Shown here: in pieces, positions 41,001 through 54,700 of the stretch | Layout of the letters: the number at the start of each line of letters is the position of its first letter | How positions within the stretch are numbered: position 1 is the stretch's first letter | Origin: Paragordius varius | Lineage: Eukaryota > Animalia > Nematomorpha | DNA: 64,000 nucleotides | Direction of reading: 5' to 3' | NCBI GenBank assembly: GCA_964247055.1 | Contig: OZ176056.1 | Location: forward strand, 3,286,001 to 3,350,000 | Notes under the pieces: generated by a model | Seen by the model: the letters and a program-made list of their open reading frames with translations, nothing else | Told to the model about the DNA's origin: nothing | The model's database searches: none | Translations under genes and position numbers: made by a program

Positions 41001-44000
41001 TTTTATTTATAAAAAAAACAATTGAATACATTAAAATTCAATTTTAATTGTTCAATCTATGAAATTAAAGTTTATGTTACTTATAAAAAAACATTCGTCT
41101 AAATTTATTTGATTAATAAAAAATATATTTAAATGTTTAAAAAAATTAAAATAAATTGAATTTGTAAAATTAATTTTTATTGTACGAATTTTTTATAAAA
41201 TAAAAATACCAATAGATAGGCCTAAAAATTTTGATTTGGTCCATATATTACCATTGATACAAATGCGCTTTTCTGTATTCTCTGCATAAAATGCAGAAAC
41301 TAAAAACAAAAAAATAGAAATTTATATAGAATTTTTTTTGAGATTTTTATATATTTAACCATTTTTTACACTAATTAAATTTTTACGGTTTTATCTTCTG
41401 TACATACTTAAAATTATTCTGAATTACACTGGTTTTTTAAAAGATGTTAAAAAATTATTAAAATGGCATTAATAAGCAGTTTAATGATAAAAAATTATTG
41501 CTTAGGAATTTTGGTTAAACAACAATCATGAGAAACGTAGGAAAAAATATCTCTATAACGCCATAACTTAAATTATATATACTTTATAAATGATTAAAAA
41601 ATGCCTATTTATATATTAAATTTAATTATTAAATTGTCCCAAACCTATATTGTTAACAAATATTCTAAAACTAAATTATTTGAAAAACAGGCAAAGTTGT
41701 CAAGGTTTGGAATTTTAAATTACAAAAAAAATGATTTACTAGGTGGATGATGGGAAACCTGCTCGGCAACAAAACTCAAATTACAATCTTGATTGGAATC
41801 TAACTATAAAATAACAACAAGAAAAATTAAAAAAATAGTAATTTTGAGAAAATTATTAAAACTGGCTTTTCGCATATGAAATATGTCGGCTATATTAATA
41901 ATATATATATATATATATATATATAAAGATAATCAACATTAAATTTTATGGTAAAGCGTTTACAGTTCAAATTCCCCCTTGAACAATTTAAAATCACACG
42001 CTAAAAATAAATTATGTGTTTTCGGGCTATAACTCATTATTAATATGAGTTATATTTTTATGGCATAAATTATTTTTTTAGTATTTTGTAAAAGAAATTT
42101 TATTTTTAAAAATATATAAAATATAGGTAATTTTTAATCTTAAAAAACATATAAAATATTTGGGGGTGAATTTGAATAGTTTAAGGGTAAAAATGGAGTT
42201 TGTTACAAAAGTAATAATAAAATCATTTCTTAACTTTAAAAAAAATTAAACTTTAGTTCAATATAATGACCCTTAACGTTAAGAATATTTTTTTAATGTT
42301 TAATCAGATTATTATTCCTATCATGGTTGAATGTTGAAAAAACTAGGAGAATTTAGCCAAGAATACAGAAAAATAAACTTAAAAAAATAAAAATATCATT
42401 AACATAAATTGAGAAAAAGACCCATTTGAGGCGAAAATTCCTTTCTTGTCAAATAAAGCGAATGATCATAAAATAGTAATGTTTGATACATGTGGAAAAC
42501 ACATTTTTTTGTAATATAAATAAATATAATTTCCCAATTACAATTTAAAACAACTTAAAAACTTTAATAACCATTTTTTTAGCAATTATGAAATTTTATC
42601 TATTTCGATGTAAATATTTTGTATTATCTGGAGATCAAAACCTTAAATGGTATTAGTTATAAAGAAACTAGGTTGAAACATGTTTGAATATCAATATTGC
42701 AACGCTCTTTTATTAAAAAAAATGACTTTTATATAATATAAACGCTTTCGACTTATATTTCAAATATCTTACTATATTAATAGTTTTAGAGCCATTTTGA
42801 ACAGATGATTTCCAATGACACATAAAGACTTCACCCAAAATTGGGTTAAATGGTTTCTTAGCTACGGATTGGCGTCCGCTATGGAAAGAACTGAGATAAT
42901 ACTTAACGACTTGTGTCATACGTTCGCGGGCTGTTTTATATTCCACTATGCTAAATAAATAGTAAACTCTAAAAAAAATTTAATTATAGAGCCGGAATAA
43001 TAATTATGTTTAAATGTTTTTTGAGATTAAGTGTTGAATGTTATTTGTTGGTGACATATACCATTTAGACTCTAAATTCACCCTAAAATAAATTATGTGT
43101 TTTTTGTTAAAATCACCTTTATTTATCAATATCTTTAAAATCAAAATTATACTGAAAAATTAACTATGCAAATATATATTCCATATAGATAATGAATTAT
43201 ATGAAAACGTTTATTTTTAGAGTTTGAAATTTTTGAAGAGTTAATTTAGATATCGAGGGTGGAATTGAATTGTTCAAAGGTGAATTTGAATTGAAATGGT
43301 ATATAATAGACTCCTATATTAAATATATATAATACTAATTAAGGATGAAAACACCCCCATTTGGAACTTGAACTTTATTTCAATATGGTGAAAACTCAAA
43401 GATTAAAAGACAAATATTTTTGTAAAGACATTTATATTAATTAAAACATTTATATTATTGATTGAATATATAACATTTATTATTGTATTTAGTTATAAGA
43501 AATAAGGTGTTTTACCAATCTAAATTTATTTTACATAACAATAAGTTAAAATATATGGCAAAAACGCCTATAAATGATTTGTAGAAATGGATTATTAATT
43601 TATTTAATAGATATCTAATTTTTGGTTATATTTGTATAACGGTTTTCAAGATAAAAAAAATTAAAAAAATATAAAATTGTGAAAATGATGTGTGGTAAAG
43701 ATATTTAAAACTAATGAAAAAAACAGTAAACATTATTGGAAAAAACTAGTGAAATACCCTTTATTAATGGATGGATTATTCAATTGTTTTAATATAATTG
43801 AGATAAGTATAATTAATTGTGTTATGGTTGCATATTAAATATTTTCGGAACGGTTAAGATTAGCATTTTGCTTTTCAATTTCATTAGTTTCACGTATAAA
43901 TCGTTTTGAACGATCTTCAATGTTAACCAATACTTCTGTTTTTGCTATGTGGTGACCTTAAAACAAATGTGTCAGCAAGTCCGGAATTAAATTTAGAGCA

Positions 44001-47000
44001 GTTTTTTGTTTTTCTGGTAATAATGATTGCTTGATTGCTTTTTTGAACAAATTAGTTATTTTAGTTGTCAATTGATAATCATCGCTTAATAGTTGATCAT
44101 TCATTTTGTTAATATACTGCTCGTTTGTTAAAATGACGGTGGAGTTTCCTTTGTCGGCAGGTAACATTATAATGTCAGGGTTATTAATTGCCTCTTTGAA
44201 GGCTTGGATTTCGTTTTTTGTATAATTTGCTTAGAGAAGCTTAGATTTTTTGATAATATGACTGACTGGTTTCCATTCGTATTATATCGGGCTTGCTATT
44301 GTGAAAGATTGCAATTTCCGTGATTATGGTTTCGAATATCAAGCCTTCAAATATGCTATTAATAACCCTGATATTATAATGCTACCTGTACACAAAGGAA
44401 ACTCCACCGTCATTTTAACAAACGAATAGTATATTAACAAAATGAATGATCAACTATTAAGCGATGATTATACAATCCATAAAATAGACCCGACAACTAG
44501 AATAACTAATTTGATTAAAAAAAGCAATCAAGCAATCATCATTACCAGAAAAACAAAAAACAGCAGCCACACCTAAATTTACTATCTCCCCGCGGATTTA
44601 GGGTCTACCTAAAGTTTATAAAGATGGAATACCATTCCATCCCATTATGAGTAATATCAACTCGCCGATGTATTTCTTTTCCAAACAACTGCTTAAGCAC
44701 CTAAACCATTTGCATACAGAACCACATCTTATGTCAAGAACAAAATTTTGTTAACAAAATAGAAGAGTTGAACATCAAAAATGCAGATCCACGTGTAAAG
44801 TTTGATGTACAGTCTCTCCTCACAAGATTTCCTAAAAACGAGGTTATTAACTTATTAAACAATATAACAAACAAAGGTTTGCACCCTGATATATTCCTAA
44901 ATTAGTTTTTTCATTTTACCAACCAATTTTACTTCCAAAATTACGGTACACCTATGGGATCAAGCATTTCCCCAATCCTTGCCGAACTTATATGGAAAAT
45001 TTTAAAGAAACAATCTTTAACTCCACTACCCTAGCTCTAAGTCTTTGGTTACGATATGCCGATGATAAGTATGCAAATTGCGAATAATATAAATAGTAAT
45101 ATAAAATTTTCCATGGAATTTAATAACATGTCTATCAGCTTCTTAGACACCCTCGTTATGAAAACAAAAAATAAAAAATTCGGACACAACATAAACTTTA
45201 CCTCAATGTTGACTCCCATCATCACCCTACCCAAAAATGATCAATTATACCATTTACAGCTCAAATTCACCCTTAAACAATTCAAATTCACTCTTGAACA
45301 ATTCAAATTCACCCTCGAACAATTCAAATTCACCCTCGAACAATTCAAATTCACCCCAAAAATAAATTATGTGTTTTCGAACTAATATAACTCATTATTA
45401 ATGAGAAATATATCTTTGTGGCATAGTTTATTATTTTTTCAGTATTATTTAATTTTAAAATAAAATTTTTATTTTATAAAAATATATAAAAATATTGGGT
45501 AATTTTTAATCTAAAAACATATATTTTATTTGAGGGTGATTTTGAATTGTTCACGGGTTAATTTGAATTGTTTAAGGGTTAATTTAAATTGTAAATGGTA
45601 TATCAAAACTCTAATTCACCAAGCTCAAGAAATATGCGAATCCACCTCACTGCGACCCGAAATCCACCACCTCAGACAATATTTTCAACAAAATGGCTAC
45701 CATCCCGAGTTTTTCAATAGAATCCACAGACGAAACACAGCTAAGCAACAATCAAATGATCAATTCGTTGCAACTGCCTCTCTACCCTTCATTAATAATG
45801 TAACCAGAAAAATCGGTCACCTATTAAACAAATTTAACATACGTACGTACAATATATAAAACAATGTCTAAACTTATCAATCACACAAAATATAAAGACT
45901 CTATCCCCCGCGAAAAAAGACCAGGTGTTTATAAAGTCACGTGCTCCTGTGATGGTGTTTATGTCGGAGAAACAGGTCGCACCATTGATCAAAGATTAAA
46001 AGAAAATAGACAATACATAGGCTCTAATAAATTTAATTCTGGACTTGCTGACATATTTGTTCTCAGGGTCACCACATAGCTAAAACACATAATCATTGGT
46101 TAACATTGAAGATCGTTCAAAACGATTTATACGTGAAGCTATTGAAATTGAAAAGCAAAATGCAAATCTTAACCGTGCCGAAGATATGGTGTTGTCGAAC
46201 ATTGGGAATTACAACCTTAAATAATATTTTATAATGCAACTATAACACAATTTATTCTTGTCTCAATTATAATAAAACAATTGTATAATCCATCCATCCA
46301 TTAATTAAGGGTATTTATAACTGGTTTTTTCCAATAATGTTTACTGTTTTTTTTCACTAGTTATAAATACCATTACCACACATCATTTTCACCATTTTAT
46401 ATTTTTTTAATTTCGTTTTAATTTTTAAAATATAACCGAAAATTAGATGTCTACTAAATAAATTAACTATTTATTTTTTAAAAATCAATTGTGCGCGTTT
46501 TTGCCATTTACCTTAACTATATATTTCGAACAACAATAAGTTATTATTAAAACCATATAGTAAGTAGTCTTTTTGTAAAAAATATTTGTCTTTTTTTAAC
46601 GTTTTGCCTTTATAATATAAATTTTATTTGGTTTTATAATTTTAAGTTGGAAAATCTCAAACCCGCAAAACGTGCTTGCATGAGCAAAAAAATCTGCAAA
46701 CATTTCTAACAAAGATCGGCGTTCCAATATAAACGTGGGCAGAGTTACTTTCGTTAAATCCATACCTATCCGGACTTGTGATAACAAATGTTTTATCATA
46801 CTCCCATATTGGCTTAAGTCTTCACCTGTATATAGGGCAGCAATTGGAAAATAAAAAAGTAAAAAGTATGGTAAGAATTAAAATTGTAACTATAAAGGAA
46901 TATAAAGAATTTTTCATACGTATACCATTTACAATTCAAATTCCCCCTTAAACAATTCAAATTACCCCTTAAAAAATTCAAATCACCCTTAAACAATTCA

Positions 47001-48744
47001 AATTACCCCTTAAACAATTCAAATTCACCCTTGAACAATTCGAATTCACCCTTGAACAATTCTAATTCAACTTTAAACAATTCAAATTTACCCTTAATTA
47101 AAATATATGTTTTTTAAGATTAAAAATTACCTATATTTTTATATATTTTTGAAAAATAAAAATTTTGTTTTAAATTAAAATAATACTGAAAAAATAATAA
47201 ACTATGCCATAAAAATATATTTCATATTAATGTTAAGTTATTTATATTAGTCCGAAAATTCATTAGAGTGAATTTGATTGTTCAAGGGTAAATTTGAATT
47301 CTTTAAGGGTAAATTTGAATTGTAAATGGTATAATTACAATTTTAAAGTATAATTGAGAGTGTTGTGTTGCTATTTTAAAGCTCTACGACATATTTTACA
47401 AAACAATTCTTTTATTATATAAAAAATAAAGGTTTTGCAATTCATAGGATTACTGTAAAAGACTAATATATATTTTAGGTTCAAAAAATATAATTTAGGA
47501 GTACCTTTACTTTTTGATTTATTTTTAAATTTTTATTGTTATACTATACACACTTCAAATTCACCCTTGAATGAGTTATATTATTTCGAAAACCCATAAT
47601 ATATTTTTAGGGTGAATTTTTGAATTGTTTAATGGTGAATTTGAATGTAAATGGTATTTAGGTTCAAAAAATATAATATTAGAATAATCCCTTTACCTTT
47701 TGAATTATTTTTATAAATTTTATTGTTTTTAGTAAATCCGTTATATCAAGGGATTGAAACCAAAATAATTAGTATTTATAGAAAAAATATAGTTTTGCAG
47801 AAAAAGACGAAGTCCAAAAATTAATTATAGGTTTAGTGTAAAAGACTAATATATATATATATATTTAGGTACAAAAAAATAATTTTATATTAATCCCTTT
47901 ACTTTTTTTTTATTTTTATAATTTTCATTTTCATTGCTATTGTAAAATCCGTTATATTTAAGGATCGGAACTACAATAATTATTATTTATAGGAAAAATA
48001 TAGTTTTGCAGAAAAAGACGAAGTCCAAAAATTAATTTGAATAAAAAATTGTCTATTGAATTAACGTTTTCAAACAGATACTTATTTTACAAAATAATGC
48101 CAGATTAAAATTTTATGTTTTAATATTAAAATTAATTTTTTAACATTTACAGTTATTAAAACTCTTTATTGACTATTCATTTAATAAATATTATTATTAA
48201 ATGAATAAAAAAATTTGTGAAAAATTGGATAATCAAATATATTACTTAGTTCAAGATCGCTTTTTGACAATTCAAACAGGCAATTTTCATCAAATATTGC
48301 ATTTTCGCTTTTTGATTTCTCTATAGTGGGGTTGATTTCATGACTATATAAAATATAATTTATTATAGAAAAAATATTATGGAAAGTTTTAAACAGATTA
48401 GTTTTGCTTACAGAATAGTATGCATTTTAATTAAGCTTATTTTACAAATTTCTAACATAGGAGTGTATGGAAAAAAAATTTTTATTTAACAACATTTTGT
48501 TGTTTTTTCAATACACCTCTGTGTCACAAATTGCCCAATATAGTGTGAAATAAGCAACCATCAAAATGTATACTGAAATATTTTAATAAAATTTGAAAAA
48601 AAATAAATAAGAAATGTAACCTTTTAATAATCTCCGTATCCAATAACACATTTTTAAGAGGACTTTTCTCAGTAATTTCGGTGGTATCACAAATTAAATC
48701 GGAACCTAATCAGAAAAAAAATTGTTGAAAAAAAATAATTTATA

Positions 48745-48796
<52 letters not shown>

Positions 48797-51700
48797 CAAG
48801 CTTTCAAAAGTATAATTGGCTTTTAGGAAAAAATATATTTTTAAATTTTGGTCTATATACATATAATTTTATGATTTAGGCAGAAAATGACACTGTTATA
48901 CATAAATATTTGATTATAACCTATCATTTTATGGCGTTAATTACATATGTAAATCCATAGAGTTAAATTAAACATTTAATATAGGTTAATTGTAAAATTA
49001 ATAATTTTTTATAATTAATCTTATTTTTACTCATTAAAAGTAAAGTTTAATTGCAGTTTTGTATCCTTTATTTTATCAAAAATTTATTTTTTTTTCGTTA
49101 AATGGGTATAAATATTTGGTAAAGAATGGAAAAAACAAGAGCTCTATGGTATTAACAATATCATATTCATCAATATAAGAGTTACCATAGAGCTCTTGTT
49201 TTCCATTCTTTACCAAATATTTATACTCATTTAACGAAAAAAAAATATATTTTTGATAAAATAAAGGATACATGACTGTAATATGATATATAAATATATT
49301 GTCAAAATTACTTTGTTCATTAGATTGATTGATAATTGGGTGGTTATTATTAGACGATATGTTTAAAGCGTCATAGAAATGCAATGAATCCTCAGTATCA
49401 CTAAAACTCAAAGATCTCGACCTTTGAATGTTTTGGTTTTTTAATAGCAAAGTATCCTCCACATTTAAAGGGGTATTTTCTATAAAAAAAAACAAAAGAT
49501 TCATAACCGCAGAAAATATTAGCTTTAAAATGTTGAACCAAAGCGATATATAGGTAATATTAATTTAAGGAAATTTTCGTGTAACTAATTAAATGCAAAA
49601 GTTAGAGATTATTCAAGGATTAGATCACTCGAGAAAAAGGTGAAATGAGTTAAGGAAATATTAAATTGCCTAGATCTTTAAAAATTTGCGTAAAAGACCA
49701 ATAAAAGATAGACAAAACCTATTAAATCATGACTGCTAAATCATTTATAGTATTTATATATTATTATAATATGTAGCCCACTCACATAATGACACCAAAA
49801 AATAAATGCAATCTTTTCTATTATTTACATTTTATATATCAATTTTTTACATATGTATATATTAATTTACAAAGAAAATATATATATATTAATTTTATAG
49901 TAACTTTTATATAAAAAAATATAAAAAATCCACAAACTAGCAAATTTATGAAAATTAAGAATTGTCGTTTATATATTACGACTCAACTATCTTACAAGCC
50001 AATTATATAAAAATCATCATCAAAATTGAGTAAATATGCGGTTTGACTTTTTAAAAAGCTTATATTATAATTAACCAATTGTGTCTAATAGCCCATCTAT
50101 TTAAAGAAAAATTCTACCTTTCCCATAAGACTGCGTGTGGTTTATTCCATTGTTTCCATTATTATTGATGATACTTGAAGGCATTACAACTTCTGTACTG
50201 CTCCAGATAGATGAAGGAGGGGTATTTCTTAAACTACTCAAACTTAGGCTTTTACTCTAATTAAATAATAGCAAATTTAAAAATGAAATTATATATAGCG
50301 GACAAAACGTAAAAATGAAAAGACATTTATTTTGTGGCAATAAAGACGGTTAATTTCTTCGAATCTTGATTTTGAGATTTTAGTTATTCAAAATAAGGAA
50401 TAGTGAATACTCAATTACATATATTTCAAATATCTCAGTTATGGAAAAAATTAACAAGGTTTTAAATAAATATATATCTGTCTTTTTATACCATAAATAA
50501 AAAAATTTATTAAAATTTAAGGATTCCATACGTGAATGACAATATAATAATTAATTTGGCAAACGTATGAATATATTATTAACAAATAAAAAATTTATTA
50601 ATAAAATTTTTTAAAAAAATTTATGTTTATAAGTTTTTAAAAATTGTATTCTGTACATAAATTCCAATTTTTTATTGTATAAATTACTCGATCATCGCTT
50701 TCTATGCTAGGAATTGAGGCTGATAAGGCTAAAGATATGGGAGCATTATTGCTTAGCAATTCCTCTTTGCAAGACATTTTCTGAGTCAAAAATGTAGTAA
50801 TTAAAATTATTTAATAATAAGGCTTAAAGTATGTTAAGAACAGAAATTAAAGTTTTTATTAAGGGCTAACTCGCGCTATTTAAAATGTAAACCAAATGAA
50901 GGCAGACACCGTTAAAAAAATTTGTTGGCCATTTAAGTTATAAAATTTCTGTATAATTAAATAAGTAAATATTTGATTAGAAGGAAGTAATATATATAAA
51001 GGAAAAGTAATTTTTCTATGTTTTAATTAAATGTATCAAATATTATTTTTATTTTATAATTTTGCTAAACAATTAATGAATAAACTTGAAAATTAATAAA
51101 TTTACAATATATAAGAGTTATAACTAAACCAGTTTTGATTTCAAATAATATCAATAAAAAAATCAACAAAAAAAGATTAGTTTCGTATATAGATTAGCTA
51201 ATGATATATTAAAAAGTAATATTACATTTATTTTGATATTTTTATTAATTTTTTATTAATATCATGTTAAGGAAAGTAATTGACTGGTTAAAACCCTTGT
51301 TATTCAATGTATTTCAACTAAAATAATAGTTTTATTCACTAGGCAAAAAATAAATTATTTAAATATTATATAATTTATTAATTTTAAAAAATATTTTTTT
51401 TCAAACAATCATTTACAATGCATAAATATAAGGGCATTTGAAAAATAAATTAAAAAACTTTTTCGTGTTGAATTGTTTCATTTGAAGGTGAACCCAATAT
51501 CAAAGGTGGTAAGGATGAATGATAAATGCCACAAGTTGGATATAATGCATTCTATAAAACAATTAAAAATTTAATAGAAGTCTGCTAAAAAATTAGTAAA
51601 TAATTTTTTTTCCCAAGATTATAATTTGATTTGTAATTTTATTTAATAAGATTTTTGAAAAAAAATATTATTAATAATGAAAGTTATAAATTTAAACAAA

Positions 51701-54700
51701 TTATTCAATAAATTAATACATTAATATTATTTATTTTAAAGTTTCTATATATTTTATTAATTCAACATACAACTTTTTAATAATATATTTTATTACAAAA
51801 ATTAAAAAAATATTTCGCATTAAACAAAAAATAATACAATAATTTAAAAATATTTATAAAAAAATTAAAATTAAGATTTATATATATATATTAAAATAAT
51901 CAGAATTTTATAAAAAAAACTATAATAAAAAGAAATTACCCTTGTAATTTGCAAAATGACTATTGAATGTTTAACACTGTCTATCAGAGCCTAAAAACAA
52001 AATAATAACAGAAAATTCCAAAAAATTTATAAATAAATTTAAATACAAATTTTTATACGCCTAATCCTAGAACTATATTAAAAATTAGGGATTAAAAGGT
52101 TTTTCCAAAAAAAAATATTATAACAGAAAATTACTTTTAATTTTTGACTTAAAAATTCTTATTTATTAAATTTATCTTATAATATTAATGTATTAAAATA
52201 TCTAAACGCCATCCTTTTCTAACGAGAATTTACATAATTTTTATAAAAATATAATTTAAATAAAATTACATGAGTAGATATTTTGATTTCAACGTATTTC
52301 TTATATATTTCATCATCTTCGTTCATTGCTTCGATTTTGGATTCCAATTTCTGGAAAATAAAATATTAACTTTTTAAAAAACGATAACACTAATCAACAA
52401 GGTTTTGCACCACCCCCTTATTTTTGCATTTTCTGATACCTAATGACATGGAAAGGCCAAAACAAAAAAGAAAATTGAGGCCACCAATAGGATTTTTCCA
52501 AAATTTAATTTTTAAATTTGTGTTTAATTCAAAAATAACAATCATTCCTCGTGTACATATGTTTAAATATTCAAACAAGCAAGTCGATACAAGTAATATT
52601 CCATGCATGGATAACAAATTCTAGGCATTAAATAAGATACTAAACAAGCTAAGAGCCAAAGTATTATAAATCTAAAAGGGGCTTATGTATAGTGTGATAG
52701 ATATGGGCGGCTGCACAAGCTCTGCATATCCCCCAAGAGATCCTATAATTATGCCAGATATGGCAAAGATAACAATAAGTAATCGTAAAGTGCGATAAGA
52801 GAGACTTGCAAGCAAAATCGTGGCAAATTGACATGTCAAATTAACCAATTTACAGAATAAAGTTAGTATATTCTACAATTAAAATGAATATAAATTAGGT
52901 AAATACAAACGGTCCAACCCCATAACAGTAAATTCTACTAAAAGTGGCTACACAACATCCATCTGAAATTCAAAATACAAAACAACCAATAATATCAAAA
53001 AAATAAGGTATATCCACTAGGTATAAATAAAGGATTTTTTATAAGAACCAACTCAAGAGAAAAAGTCTAATAAGTACTCGAAAGAACGAAAACTAACAAA
53101 AAAATATAGCCTATCTGAAAGCCGAAGGTTTAAACCATAGAATGTCTTTTTTAGTATTTTTTTGAAAAAATTTTATATGTGTTAAAAATTAACTTGAAAA
53201 AAAAAGACTAAATTTTGACGTTTAAGTGCGTACTATTTTTTTCTCTCTGATATATAAATGACATATTTATATTCAAAAGATAGAGTTTAAAACGCTTTAT
53301 TAAATGATATTAAGTTTATAATATAATAACATTTTATTATAAAGTTATATTTAATTTTCTCTCGATTTTCTCTTGTTTTTGAAAATTTGAAAAACCTATA
53401 AAATTTTAAAATTCTGATTGGCGGGATCAAAAATTTTTTCCGGTTTTAAAACACTAAAATTAGTCATAATTTAAAAAGTTTGAGTGGTGGTGCTTAAAAA
53501 TGTCCAAATTCGTTGACTAGTGTAATTAACATATTTTCATATAAAATATCAGTATATTTTAAGATTTATATTATTTTATTAAATATTATAGCTAAACAAA
53601 AAAATCAAAGAAAAGATGTATGAAAATCCATTATCTTCATTAATTTTGTCGATTAATTTTAAATATTTTATGATATTTATGGAGATAAGACTATATTTTT
53701 AGTGAGAAATTTATAAATATTATAACATTGGTAGATATAGTGTAACAGGGTTAATATCGTCAAAATTATTGAGAATTAGTTAACAATTATATATTGAAAC
53801 ATTTAAATAATCATATATGTAACAAAATTATGGAATTTAAGTTTTTCCCTAGGAGATTTAAATAAAATTCATAAACTTAATTTAAGATAATTTTATTTAG
53901 CTATTGACGCTTACATAAAATACAAGTACATTTAGATAAAGAAATTCTTTACACTAAATACTTAAATGCGCTGTTAAAAAATTTAATGACTCCGCAAAAA
54001 ACTTTTATACCTTAACTTGTGCAATTAATATTTGAAGGTAAGCGTCTGCTTCAGCGATTTTTGCATCAAATTTTTCATTTTGTTGCAAAGTAAATGTGTT
54101 GTTTTCTCCAACATTATCCTTCACAAAAAATGTGTTTTAAACATAAATACAGTACATAAAGTCAAAATTAAGAAAATAATAATTTGACATTAAGACCATC
54201 ATATCTTTTAAATAAATTATCAAAATAAGGATAGACATTTTAACTGGTAATATACTTATTCATAAATTTCACTGTTGGAATCATTAAAGTTATAAAGTTA
54301 TATAGAAACAGGGTCAAAAAAGTAAAGCTCTCTTGATAAATTTATTCTTGGTTTTTTTACGCGTTTGTAATAATCTTTAATTTATCTATTTATATTCTCC
54401 AGTTTGATTAAATTAGATTTAAACATCTTTATTTTTGGATAAATTTTATTAAGATTATTAGGAAATAATTATTTATGGTTAAAAAGATAAAAAATAACTA
54501 CTAAAATAGGGTACATATACCTCCTGATTGACATAACCACTTTTGTCATTTTCGCTTTTGGATTCATCTATATTCAAGAATTAATTTATGCAAAACAAAA
54601 TATATTATTCAAGAAATATTAAAAATATTATTTATTAAATTTAACCTTTGGATCTTTGCAAACATATAGCATATTCTAATGCTTTAACCCATTTTTCACG

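Noticed and set aside
45049-46079. ORFs 45056-45385, 45530-45859 and 45864-46079 as host genes
   Set aside because: They are fragments of the decayed Penelope ORF fused to MITE arm translations (FKFTLEQ repeats).
49076-49311. 3' extension of ORF 49076-49504 as coding
   Set aside because: The exon ends at donor 49311 (phase fits the next exon); the extension runs through intron and the hairpin.
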